IMG/VR virus record: IMGVR_UViG_3300025162_001855
DNA from: a virus
Lineage: Duplodnaviria; Heunggongvirae; Uroviricota; Caudoviricetes
DNA length: 64,000 bases
Direction: 5' to 3' (one strand)
This document shows, one piece after another, positions 46,126 through 55,537 of this stretch. A program made the position numbers and the translations under genes. Numbering within the stretch: the first letter of the stretch is position 1; each line of letters opens with the position of its first letter. The notes beneath the pieces are model-generated. The model ran no database searches. It was not told where the DNA came from and saw only the letters and a list, made by a program, of their open reading frames with translations.

Positions 46126-46598
46126 TAGTACATTACCTCAAAAAATGGTCCAGTGAGTACGCGGGTTGATTTTTCAACAACCAATTGCTCATTCATACGC
46201 TTTAGCATTTCGGGAGTGATATCGCGGCGCTTGAGTCCATCGCGCATAAACAAATGCATTTCAAATGGTTTATCACCTTCGGCTGCTAGTACCGAAGTAA
46301 CACGATTGCGTCCTTCGTGTCCAGCAATCATAGCAGGCTTTGAGAGGTCGCCTTCCTCCCATTCGGACGGAATTCTGATGTCAAGGAACGGAGCGCCAAT
46401 TGTTCCACCCTTCTTAATATGAGCTACAATTTCCGGCTTTGGGTCATTGCCCAACGGTGCTGCTAAACGCAAGAAGGTACTTGGCTTCATAAGAACAGGA
46501 AAGCCCATTGAATGTCTGCTACCAGTTGCAACATCACCATTGTATGGCACTGCCCCCCAACCTCGATCATTATCGATTACTACTTCGTTAATCTTCAT
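46125..46598 (-). CDS. ParB/Srx-like domain protein
   Basis: IGAPFL...IAGHEGRNR; MKINEV. Confidence 0.55.
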   Translation of the reverse strand: MKINEVVIDNDRGWGAVPYNGDVATGSRHSMGFPVLMKPSTFLRLAAPLGNDPKPEIVAHIKKGGTIGAPFLDIRIPSEWEEGDLSKPAMIAGHEGRNRVTSVLAAEGDKPFEMHLFMRDGLKRRDITPEMLKRMNEQLVVEKSTRVLTGPFFEVMY

Positions 46599-46599
46599 A

Positions 46600-47430
46600 T
46601 TATAAATCGTCCTGGTCGTCATTAAAATAAATTGGTACTTCACCAACTAACTGTAAGAAACTAGTGTCTAGCCAACCCGTCGATTCGCAATCCCAACCAT
46701 ACATAAATCCGTTGTCATGCGACCCATATCCAATGTTACGGTGGCGTACAGCATCAAAATGTTTAACAACCTCGTCCCATGGGAACGTGGATTGCATTTG
46801 GAATCTTGTGCCATATCTAGCAACGTCTGGATCCGACCAATCGAAATCTTTTACACGCTCGAGCTTTTGAAATGCTGCCATAACTTGCTCGGCATCATGG
46901 TCGGAATCAATTTCCAATACCAATGCTCCGGGCTTGACCTTGTACAAATATCCAACCGGACTCATCCAACCCTTCTGATTGTAGTAAGTCCACTTGACCC
47001 AATCGGAGCTATATCCCTTGTTTGTTTTGTATGCGGTGCTGGTCCAAAGATCAGCATTTGGTTTGTTGCGGCCCGGTGGCGCAACTGCCTTACCGGGCTT
47101 CAGTAAAGGAGCACCCTCTTCCAATGGATTATCTTCCCATTTCTGGTATGGCTCCTTAAGGTTACCATCGTCATCCCATGCATACCTGTTTGCCAAATTC
47201 TTTTTAGCTTTATCGTATTTGGTAAGGACACCGGGATGTGGGCGGGGCATAAACAACTGATATGTTCCGGCCAATTGTTCGCCGGCACGTTTGGCCCATT
47301 CCTTAAGATAGTTTAATGATTCCCAACCCGGGTTATATGGCACCGGTTCGGGTTTTGGCTTGGCCCTGGACTTACGTGGCTTTTTAGCCTTGGGCGCAGC
47401 CCCATCTTCAATGAGTTCGTGCGCCCGCAT
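46600..47430 (-). CDS. hypothetical protein, possible ART-like fold
   Basis: LWTS..SDWVKW..YGWDCES; MRAHEL. Confidence 0.6.
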   Translation of the reverse strand: MRAHELIEDGAAPKAKKPRKSRAKPKPEPVPYNPGWESLNYLKEWAKRAGEQLAGTYQLFMPRPHPGVLTKYDKAKKNLANRYAWDDDGNLKEPYQKWEDNPLEEGAPLLKPGKAVAPPGRNKPNADLWTSTAYKTNKGYSSDWVKWTYYNQKGWMSPVGYLYKVKPGALVLEIDSDHDAEQVMAAFQKLERVKDFDWSDPDVARYGTRFQMQSTFPWDEVVKHFDAVRHRNIGYGSHDNGFMYGWDCESTGWLDTSFLQLVGEVPIYFNDDQDDL

Positions 47431-47432
47431 TA

Positions 47433-49079
47433 TTATTCTTCATCGCCACCAACAAGTTTACCCTTGAATGGGTGCTTCTTTGGTTCATTGGTAATAACTG
47501 GGCTAATATTCTTGGCCTTAACCTTTGGTCCAAGCTGTCCGGCGCGTTCCTGGTCATCGTCGAGACCTTCGGCCTTAATACCGAGGCTCTTCATGATTTC
47601 CGGATCGATTGCACGGCCGCCACCAAGTGCGTTGTGTGCATCATATCCGCGCTTAATATCTCTCTCGGGCTTGGTTGATGTACCTTTACTATCTTTAGCA
47701 TGGTAATCATAATACGAAGTTTCGTCAACTGCCTTCCACGGATTTGGTTCGTCGATGCCGTTAACTTCGTTATAAGCATCCCACATGTCAATCAAGTATT
47801 GATCGTAACTCTTGTAGCCGGCTGTTTTTGCAGCACGATCAAGGTACTTAGTAGCACCACCGTTTGTGTCGATGCCGTACTTGCGCAACTTAGGAAGAAT
47901 ATAATCCATTGGATCAACGTCTGGAACTGCCTTTCCAACTGCATCTTCAACTTCATGCCAAAGAGAAGAATAATCAACAGTTGATTTTGTCTTCTTGTTT
48001 GCGGCTTTTGCTGCTGCACGAGCTGCTAATTCAGCTTCACGTTCTTTTTGTTTGCGCTCTTTGTTGGCCTTTGCAATGTACTTAGGATTAATCTCGCCGC
48101 CGAATGCTTCCCAAATCTTGGATTTATCGTGTGGCAATCCAACAGCCTTCAATGCCTTGGCTTCGGCATATTCCGGCTTGATGTTGTAATACAAATCCTT
48201 GGACTTGAGGTGTTTCATAACCTCTGGATTGTCGGCGTACTTTTCAAGTAATGCTTTCCATGCAGCAACATACGCATCGTGTTCGCGTTGTTGGCCGGCT
48301 GCGCCCCAACCCTCATTAATTCCTGTGCCTTTGCAGGCGGTGCATTTAATTTTCTTGGCACCTTTCTTGTTATCGGCATGCTTCTTGCCATCTGGTGTCT
48401 TGTACAGAACCTTGCGTCCACAGCAGGTTTTGCAGTTTGTATCCTTTAACTTCCCATGTGGACCATTCATGTGGTCAACATCATGGGAGAAATCTTCAGT
48501 AACCAATCGTGCCCAGTTCATCATTGGATGATGACCTTGTTTCTTTGCTGCGGCCATCGCTTTGCTTTTTGCTTCTTCTTCCGACGATGCGCCAACAACA
48601 AGTTCTATTGCTTGATGTGGTCCCACATCCATGCATACTGTCCACTTAGTGGCCTTTCCTTTATCTTCGGCAACTTCTTGTTCTAGTTCATCTTCAATCA
48701 TACCGTCGCGCAACTTGACCGACTTTGGTCCGGTTGGCGAAAACAGTGTTATAAAGCCCGTAGTGCTAATCTGACTGCGTTGCTTAATTTCACCAATCTC
48801 GCTTGCTTTGATAGGGCGGGCCGCACCTCTTGGTAGTAACTTCTTACCACTCTGTAATTTCTTGGACAATAGATCCTTAAGAATCGCGTCGGCATTATCC
48901 AACACAACCTTCCTTGCCTCTTCGGCATTGGATGCAAGTACCCGATATTCGCGACCACTGTAGTCGGGATACTTACCGTTGTAATAGTTGTTTTTGATAA
49001 CAACGTCCCATACCGCCAATCCTTGAATCTTAGAGAATATGGCTTTGTTATCTTCTGTTAATACGTCTGTGATCTTCAT
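47433..49079 (-). CDS. large multi-module putative head-internal protein
   Basis: MKITDVLTE; short modules including a CxxC..CxxCxGxG zinc finger. Confidence 0.7.
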   Translation of the reverse strand: MKITDVLTEDNKAIFSKIQGLAVWDVVIKNNYYNGKYPDYSGREYRVLASNAEEARKVVLDNADAILKDLLSKKLQSGKKLLPRGAARPIKASEIGEIKQRSQISTTGFITLFSPTGPKSVKLRDGMIEDELEQEVAEDKGKATKWTVCMDVGPHQAIELVVGASSEEEAKSKAMAAAKKQGHHPMMNWARLVTEDFSHDVDHMNGPHGKLKDTNCKTCCGRKVLYKTPDGKKHADNKKGAKKIKCTACKGTGINEGWGAAGQQREHDAYVAAWKALLEKYADNPEVMKHLKSKDLYYNIKPEYAEAKALKAVGLPHDKSKIWEAFGGEINPKYIAKANKERKQKEREAELAARAAAKAANKKTKSTVDYSSLWHEVEDAVGKAVPDVDPMDYILPKLRKYGIDTNGGATKYLDRAAKTAGYKSYDQYLIDMWDAYNEVNGIDEPNPWKAVDETSYYDYHAKDSKGTSTKPERDIKRGYDAHNALGGGRAIDPEIMKSLGIKAEGLDDDQERAGQLGPKVKAKNISPVITNEPKKHPFKGKLVGGDEE

Positions 49080-49086
49080 TGACTGT

Positions 49087-49347
49087 TTATTCCTTGTCAG
49101 TGCATGGATTTTCTGCGCGGTGCAAACTGTTCTTGAACTTGTTCGCTTCCTGTAACTTAATTGCGTTGAGTAGCTTGCGCTCCAAATCATGGGCCACAGC
49201 TGGTTCATAATTCTCTTTGATGAGAGTAATCAAATGTATTGCGCTATTGATAACATGATCCGCGCGACTGGCGATAATGTCCTTACGGCTCTTAGTTGGT
49301 ACTAAGCCATTAATCTCTTCAAGAATACTACGAGTTTTATACTTCAT
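49087..49347 (-). CDS. small helical phage protein
   Basis: MKYKTRSILEE... Confidence 0.65.
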   Translation of the reverse strand: MKYKTRSILEEINGLVPTKSRKDIIASRADHVINSAIHLITLIKENYEPAVAHDLERKLLNAIKLQEANKFKNSLHRAENPCTDKE

Positions 49348-49355
49348 GATAGTTA

Positions 49356-49910
49356 TCAACCCCTTCTCGGTTGTGCAGTCGAAAGAAGTTCTTTTGCAAA
49401 CTTTGCTTTGTCGTCTGGTGATAATTGATTTGCTTGGGCCAATAATTGGTCCAGGGAAGGCTGCGTATTAACCGGAGCCTTTTGGGGTGCTACGGGCTTG
49501 GGTGCTGCCGGAGCTTGTGGTGTGGGTGGCGAGTTACGAATGGCTGATAATTGCTGTGTATATCGATACATTGCATTTGTTAACGCCGGGCTGTTTATTG
49601 GATACTGTGTCCGTAATGTATTATCTACTGCGGCCGCTGCGGTTCTACCTTTTTGATTTCCGAAGCCCCAGCCGGGAAAATGCTCACCAGCGTCGATTAA
49701 ATCCTGAAATGATATTGATTTCTTTCCGGCTTTCCCGGCAAATTGATTGGCTTCGGACGCCAATGCTCGAGCACGGGCCACGGACTCTTGCTGCCCTTTG
49801 GCTACATTATTTCCCAATTTTGCAGATACTGCGGTTGCTGCTCGGCCGAGTATTCCGGTTGGATTGAGTTCATTCAAAACCGGGTCGTTCGAAAATTCAT
49901 CTAAACGCAT
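49356..49910 (-). CDS. putative virion protein
   Basis: MRLDEF; TAAATA and GGAG upstream. Confidence 0.65.
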   Translation of the reverse strand: MRLDEFSNDPVLNELNPTGILGRAATAVSAKLGNNVAKGQQESVARARALASEANQFAGKAGKKSISFQDLIDAGEHFPGWGFGNQKGRTAAAAVDNTLRTQYPINSPALTNAMYRYTQQLSAIRNSPPTPQAPAAPKPVAPQKAPVNTQPSLDQLLAQANQLSPDDKAKFAKELLSTAQPRRG

Positions 49911-49963
49911 TTATGTCTGCTCCAATTATACTTTATTTAGCAGGAATGCGTTTTGATTTTGTC

Positions 49964-51379
49964 TTAATTATTACTCATGTTCTTGAGCATTTCCTTGAGG
50001 CGTGAGCTGCTAGTTTTAGCTGCTAATGCAGTATCATCGGGGGATTCAATAATCCCCGTGCTTGGATTTGGAACCACTGTACTGCGAGTTTTTAAGTTGG
50101 ATAATATTGATCCGCTACTTGGTTGCGAGTTACCCGAATTTGCCGAATTTCTGATGCGCAAAGTATCAATATCAAATTCAAGCTCTACTTTTCTACCCAC
50201 TCCCGAGCTACTTCTGGTCTTCATAAACTGAACTTGATACAACCCGCGTTCACGCATTGCCCTGCTGGTAAAAATACCAATTACGTTGTCGGCTGTGTTA
50301 ATCTTAGACAACCCGCCCGCAATGTGAGAATGGTCAAATTCAACTTCCTCAACTGCACTTCTATTCAACTGGCTACCAGTTATGGCCACACAATTGAACT
50401 CCTTTGCTAGATTACGCATTTCTTCGGATACATACTTGTCCTTCACGAACAAGTTTGCCGGATCAACCTTCTTGCTGTTGGCACTGCACAAGTCGAGATA
50501 GTCGATAATAACAAAGTCCGGCTTGATATTCTTACGGGTAATGTACTCTTTGATGTATGCTCTAAAGTCATTGCAACTACTGCCCGATGGCATATACTTA
50601 ATTTGCAATGCCCCGGATTGCTTGCCCGTTATACGCACCTTGAGCTCAACGTCATCAATCTTCTTGAAGATTTCCCTTGATGGAATATCTGTAATCATAC
50701 TGTCGAGTCGCATGGCGCACAGAGATTCACTAAGTTCAAGTGTAAAGTAGATTCCACTCAATCCCGCTAGTGCCCAATTGAGTCCGAGATTCTGCATGAG
50801 AAGACTCTTACCCGATCCGGAGCCTCCGGCCCAAATTGTAAGCTCACCCCTGTTCAAGCCACCGTACAATGCATGATCAATATCCGACCACCCGGTACTC
50901 ACTTGGCCGTTACCATCGCGCAATGCTAGTAATCGCTTACGTGGATCTTCAAAGTAATCAGTACCAATATCCTTGGTCAAACCAATTTGCACTGCTGCCT
51001 TGATCTTGTTTTCAACCTCGCCATAATGACCGGTTTCAAGCAAGTCGGCGCTGGCAATAATTGCTCGCTCCAATGCCTTGTGTCTACTAAACTGTTCAAA
51101 CTCATCAAGCAACCATTCTGTGTGCCCGTCTGTTAGTCCTTCGATTCTTTCAAAGCTAACTCCGGTTTGTGCTTTAATCTGTTCTATTGTCGGAAGTACC
51201 TTGTATTCCTCAACGTGCTTGTAGATAAAATCTGCCGATGGTCTTAAACTGCGATCAAAGTTTTCCGAATCAAAAATCGATACCACACGCACAAATGTTT
51301 CGGCATCATGCAATAGCATTTGCAAATACAACTTCTGTACTTCGGCATCGTAATTCCTAATCGGTTCTTTCTCTTTCAT
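49964..51379 (-). CDS. replicative DNA helicase (T4 gp41/DnaB-like)
   Basis: AGGSGSGKS, FTLELSE, IIDYLD, TGSQLNR, KTRSS. Confidence 0.92.
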   Translation of the reverse strand: MKEKEPIRNYDAEVQKLYLQMLLHDAETFVRVVSIFDSENFDRSLRPSADFIYKHVEEYKVLPTIEQIKAQTGVSFERIEGLTDGHTEWLLDEFEQFSRHKALERAIIASADLLETGHYGEVENKIKAAVQIGLTKDIGTDYFEDPRKRLLALRDGNGQVSTGWSDIDHALYGGLNRGELTIWAGGSGSGKSLLMQNLGLNWALAGLSGIYFTLELSESLCAMRLDSMITDIPSREIFKKIDDVELKVRITGKQSGALQIKYMPSGSSCNDFRAYIKEYITRKNIKPDFVIIDYLDLCSANSKKVDPANLFVKDKYVSEEMRNLAKEFNCVAITGSQLNRSAVEEVEFDHSHIAGGLSKINTADNVIGIFTSRAMRERGLYQVQFMKTRSSSGVGRKVELEFDIDTLRIRNSANSGNSQPSSGSILSNLKTRSTVVPNPSTGIIESPDDTALAAKTSSSRLKEMLKNMSNN

Positions 51380-52367
51380 ACCTTTCCTTTAATCTTGCTC
51401 GCAATTGCTTTATTTGAATTTGTGCCAATGTCTTGTTGGATGTGGCATTATGCATAATACTTACCAAGGTTGCCGTGCGACCATAACGTATTACGGCATC
51501 ATTGATGTCCTTGCAGTCTCCCCAGTTTGGTAGCGATATGCCCCATCCAAACTCCAGAACATGTTCTGCTAATATCAGTCCCGCCTTGTCCCTGTCGGGT
51601 ACAAAGATAATTCGCTTATGCGTTCTATCAATAAACTCTCGCTGGGCCTGCGACACGCCACTACCAAGCACAGATGCTGCATCAATACTGTCGGCATCAA
51701 GTACCCCCTCGCACACCAATAAGATCGATTGATCTGGATTTTGATCACTGAGCCCATACACGTAACCCGGTGTCATGTTGCTTAGATATTTTGTTGTCTT
51801 AATCTTGTCGATTGATCTTGCGGTCCAACCAACTGTTTCTCCGAGCCACTCAAAGGGCACAATGAAGCGACGGGGCATGTCCGGTGACCAAAAGTAGTTC
51901 TCTATGTTTAAATGTCTAGACGAAATATAATCGCACACATCAAGCAAATCTGTGTTGGTTGCATATAATGCCAACGCATCCGCTACCAACGTAGCATCTT
52001 TTGGTAATTCTTGTGGGGCAAATGTTGGCAGTATGTTTTTTGGTGTTGTGTGTAGCATTGGCAAGTCTTCTTTGAGACGCAATGCTTCAAGCCCGAGTTG
52101 CCCAACTTGATCGTCGCTGGCACCAAGCAAATGCAGTAGTTTTTTAACCTTGGGTCCAATTAACGAACCCGGTGCCCAACCTGTTTTGAACTGACAATTA
52201 AAGCAATGCCAAACCCATCCATCTTCGGCTGTTGTGCGTAGCCCACCACGACCACGCTTATCCGCGCAACAAACGGCATTGCCACTGGTCCACCCGGAAG
52301 GATTCTTTTTTACCTTCCGCCCTCTTTGCCAGAGTTCAAAAACAGTGTCGGTTACAGCATTGACCAT
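51357..52367 (-). CDS. DNA primase (T4 gp61-like)
   Basis: CC...HCFNC zinc finger, TOPRIM CEGVLDA, DRDKAG, KDINDA. Confidence 0.88.
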   Translation of the reverse strand: MVNAVTDTVFELWQRGRKVKKNPSGWTSGNAVCCADKRGRGGLRTTAEDGWVWHCFNCQFKTGWAPGSLIGPKVKKLLHLLGASDDQVGQLGLEALRLKEDLPMLHTTPKNILPTFAPQELPKDATLVADALALYATNTDLLDVCDYISSRHLNIENYFWSPDMPRRFIVPFEWLGETVGWTARSIDKIKTTKYLSNMTPGYVYGLSDQNPDQSILLVCEGVLDADSIDAASVLGSGVSQAQREFIDRTHKRIIFVPDRDKAGLILAEHVLEFGWGISLPNWGDCKDINDAVIRYGRTATLVSIMHNATSNKTLAQIQIKQLRARLKERYERERTD

Positions 52368-52406
52368 ACTGTATTTTATACTCGCCGGGTGGTTGTAATC
52401 AAGTTA

Positions 52407-53111
52407 TTAGAACAGTCTGTAATACAGTGTGCCAGGAATTCCAACATTAATAATTGATGGCGTAAATCTAAATCGAACACGCTCATACAATCCATAAAAG
52501 TTAGCGTATGCATTTGTGGTCGATGCGGTCAACAGGAAATCGTTCACAACCACCCATGTATCTGGTGATGGTGAATTGGATGCTTCGATGGATATCAACC
52601 CATCAACAGCGGCACCTTTGAAAATCGCAACTGTGTGCAATGGACTTAACTGGCTTTCGGCTAGTACGTCTGTGGATACTACACCAGTAATAAATGTAGT
52701 GTCCGGTGGTACCGTATTTGAATCCAACGACCAGTCTGTGAGCACAGCCGAAGCCAATGCATCGTCGGCAAAAGTCCATTCTTCAATAATTAGTTGACCA
52801 TCAACCGAGCTGTTAAGTTCGAGATACAATGGGCGCTCGTATCCATTCTCATCGTCAACACTTATGGCCCAGTTGTATTCCCCAATGTCAAGGTCTGTAA
52901 TCTCATCTCGCGTAATATCCAAGCCCAAACGATTTGTTGTGCCCGGGCGGAATGTTAATGTCTTTGATATAACTGATACGCCATGTATATCAACAGCACG
53001 AAATCTAAATACATATGGACGCACTGGAACTGGTTGTTGATCAAAATCTTGAATAGATAGATCAAATGAGTTTGTTACACCCTTGTAAACTTTAAGAGGC
53101 TTATTCCACAT
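52407..53111 (-). CDS. virion protein with BppU-N/Ig-like domain plus extra C-terminal domain (copy 3)
   Basis: WNKPL.VYKG...TTNRL...ERPLYLE. Confidence 0.65.
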   Translation of the reverse strand: MWNKPLKVYKGVTNSFDLSIQDFDQQPVPVRPYVFRFRAVDIHGVSVISKTLTFRPGTTNRLGLDITRDEITDLDIGEYNWAISVDDENGYERPLYLELNSSVDGQLIIEEWTFADDALASAVLTDWSLDSNTVPPDTTFITGVVSTDVLAESQLSPLHTVAIFKGAAVDGLISIEASNSPSPDTWVVVNDFLLTASTTNAYANFYGLYERVRFRFTPSIINVGIPGTLYYRLF

Positions 53112-53446
53112 TATTGTACACCTATTTCCAGCGCGCCTTCAATAGCACCGTTATGTTCGAGGTACAGTGGACGCACCCGACCGTTCTCATTTATTACTAA
53201 TCCCCAATTGTAAAATCCCGGATCAATTGCTGCAATGTCGTCACCGTTAACATCAATTATCAATCTGTTGGTTGTGTTTGGTCTTAGAACAACGTCTTTG
53301 GTTAACAGCGGTGCTTCAAATCTATCAAAAATTCGAAACAAAAAAGAGTATTCGCGTATGTCAACGGGTTGTTGATCTCGATCTTGCACGACAACATCAA
53401 ACTCATTGTCCATCTCCTTGTACAGCATTAGTGGCTTATTCCACAT
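53111..53446 (-). CDS. virion protein with BppU-N/Ig-like domain (copy 2)
   Basis: same motifs as neighbours. Confidence 0.65.
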   Translation of the reverse strand: MWNKPLMLYKEMDNEFDVVVQDRDQQPVDIREYSFLFRIFDRFEAPLLTKDVVLRPNTTNRLIIDVNGDDIAAIDPGFYNWGLVINENGRVRPLYLEHNGAIEGALEIGVQ

Positions 53447-53875
53447 TTACGCGCCCATAAACCAGCTGAGTAATTCGAAGGTACTAACAGCATCGCCATT
53501 AACCTCGAGGTAAATTGGACGCTCTCTATTGTTTTCGTCAATAATTGATAAGCCCCAGGTGTACAAACCGATATTCATTGCCGCAGTATCTTCTTTAAGA
53601 ATATTCAACGCCAGTCGGTTTGTGGTTCCGGATCTAAACCCAACAATTTTGTTGATGAGTAAATTCTGGTCCTGATCCTTAACCTTGAACTTGAAGGTGT
53701 ATGTATTGACTACCACAGGTTGGAGGTCGAAGTCGTTCATAACAATGTCGATGTAGTTATCGGCACCCTTATAAACCTTCAACGGCTTGTTCCAAGTTAC
53801 TGTATTGCGGACAGTATTTGGGCGATTAAATCTAGCCTGTATTTCCGGATTGAATAAATAAGCTGTGAGTTGCAT
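53447..53875 (-). CDS. virion protein with BppU-N/Ig-like domain (copy 1)
   Basis: same motifs; TAAATA 5 nt upstream. Confidence 0.65.
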   Translation of the reverse strand: MQLTAYLFNPEIQARFNRPNTVRNTVTWNKPLKVYKGADNYIDIVMNDFDLQPVVVNTYTFKFKVKDQDQNLLINKIVGFRSGTTNRLALNILKEDTAAMNIGLYTWGLSIIDENNRERPIYLEVNGDAVSTFELLSWFMGA

Positions 53876-53890
53876 AGAGGTATTTATCGA

Positions 53891-54268
53891 GTGACAGCCC
53901 CAAAACTTCCGGAGTTATTAAAAAAATTCCCCTTCTTAGCCATAATCAGCTATTGTGGGGACGAATATGTAGGTATAATACAAAATTCCGATGGTCAGTT
54001 CATCAACTTTTATGATTTTCAAGCAATCAAAACAGATGATCTCAAAACACACTTTCTTAAGATGGGCGAACAATGGTGGTGGGGATCAAACCGCATCATT
54101 CCAATTAACCTATTTTTGAAAGATGATTTTTTGATGTTCAAACCTTGCTTGAGAACATTTAGTGCGAAGGACATTAAGATCATCGCGGGCCACATGGTAT
54201 CCTTACATTCGTTCTTTAGAAAGCGTATTAAACGACGCAGTATACAGTTGGTCAGACGAACTAGATAA
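53891..54268 (+). CDS. hypothetical phage protein
   Basis: FPFL..YVGIIQN..WWWGSNRIIPINLFL; GTG start assumed. Confidence 0.7.
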   Translation: MTAPKLPELLKKFPFLAIISYCGDEYVGIIQNSDGQFINFYDFQAIKTDDLKTHFLKMGEQWWWGSNRIIPINLFLKDDFLMFKPCLRTFSAKDIKIIAGHMVSLHSFFRKRIKRRSIQLVRRTR

Positions 54269-54830
54269 TCCCTTCGACGATCAAGTTCATATGAACAACC
54301 ACCAAGTGCGAATACGAAATGGCGTGACTATGCTTGAAGCCGTAAGAACCATCATCAGATTTGGACCAAACAGATAATGCAACTTCATCCCAACTTTTTC
54401 CGACCAAGTGCCTCTTTGCCGGCCGAATCAAAGCTAGAAACATTGCCATCTTGTCAATGCTATTCACTGGTTCGGGCATTGCTGAAAGTATGTCGTGGTG
54501 CCCGTTGATATGTATCACCATATCAACAAATTCCTTATCCTTTAACAGGTCCCACATGGGCTCTCTATTCATGAGCTCGATTAGATGTTCTTCGCTCTTT
54601 ACATTTTGGTAAACGTGTACATTCAAAAAGTCAAACTTGAAGAAGCCGACTTTCTCGGCGGTTTTATAATCTAGTACGGCGAGCTTGGTAAACGGATCCT
54701 TTGGCATCTTTTGCAAGTATGCCCCCGACGGATGCTTGGTATAATCCGAACCCTTTTTAATGCTCGCTGGGGTATACTCGATTAGCTCGAGTAGCTTATC
54801 CCTATTTCCAAAATCCATGTCGATATCCAT
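54261..54830 (-). CDS. miniature family-C (DnaE/Pol III alpha-like) polymerase, 189 aa
   Basis: MDIDMDF, HPSG, KFDFL, FLALIRP, YGFKHSHAISY; TAATG overlap fixes the start. Confidence 0.8.
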   Translation of the reverse strand: MDIDMDFGNRDKLLELIEYTPASIKKGSDYTKHPSGAYLQKMPKDPFTKLAVLDYKTAEKVGFFKFDFLNVHVYQNVKSEEHLIELMNREPMWDLLKDKEFVDMVIHINGHHDILSAMPEPVNSIDKMAMFLALIRPAKRHLVGKSWDEVALSVWSKSDDGSYGFKHSHAISYSHLVVVHMNLIVEGII

Positions 54831-55537
54831 TACGGTATCCCTGCTGCCTCGCACGCCATTTTAACGTACTTCAATTCAATGGGTTGATTCTTCATCTTGT
54901 TGGTCCACACATCGGGTTCGACAAACGGCATCACAAAAGCCATCTGTTCATCACTGAGTTCCGACAATGCTTGCACACCGGTAGTAGTTGCATACAACAT
55001 CCACGGACTAATTGCCCCGCGTGTTAAATCAAACGTTAGCCTGTTGGCACCGCAGTGGTACAGATATTGATCCAAGCCAAGTTTGAATTGGTCTCCCCAT
55101 TCTTGCATGGAATAAAAACTGCGCTCAACTGCTGTCTCTGCTGACTCATTATAAATCAGTTGGATTAAGTATTCCTTATAGATAGCATCATCGCACCAAC
55201 GATCCAACTTATCTGTCTTCTTCTTAACAATCCAGTCGGCGAACAAGTCGGGATTGATAGCCCCAATGTCTTTAGCATAGCGGGCAAACTTTATGAATGC
55301 AGCGTAGTATGGAGAATCGCAGAATTGCATCCAAGTCTTAACACCCGGTCCTTGGCTCAGCAGATAGAACTTTTTGTATGCTGCAAATGCGTACTTAGAT
55401 GCTGGTTCGTCGCGAGATTGATCGCGCATCTTGAGCCGACAGCTATGGTTCAGTAATGTTTTCTCGGAACGAAAACTCTTACCGCAGTAAGAACATTCAT
55501 TCTCTGTTGAAGTCGGACTTGAACTCGTTGTATTCAT
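54830..55537 (-). CDS. protein with N-terminal zinc finger
   Basis: CSYCGKSF.SEKTLLNH.C. Confidence 0.75.
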   Translation of the reverse strand: MNTTSSSPTSTENECSYCGKSFRSEKTLLNHSCRLKMRDQSRDEPASKYAFAAYKKFYLLSQGPGVKTWMQFCDSPYYAAFIKFARYAKDIGAINPDLFADWIVKKKTDKLDRWCDDAIYKEYLIQLIYNESAETAVERSFYSMQEWGDQFKLGLDQYLYHCGANRLTFDLTRGAISPWMLYATTTGVQALSELSDEQMAFVMPFVEPDVWTNKMKNQPIELKYVKMACEAAGIP

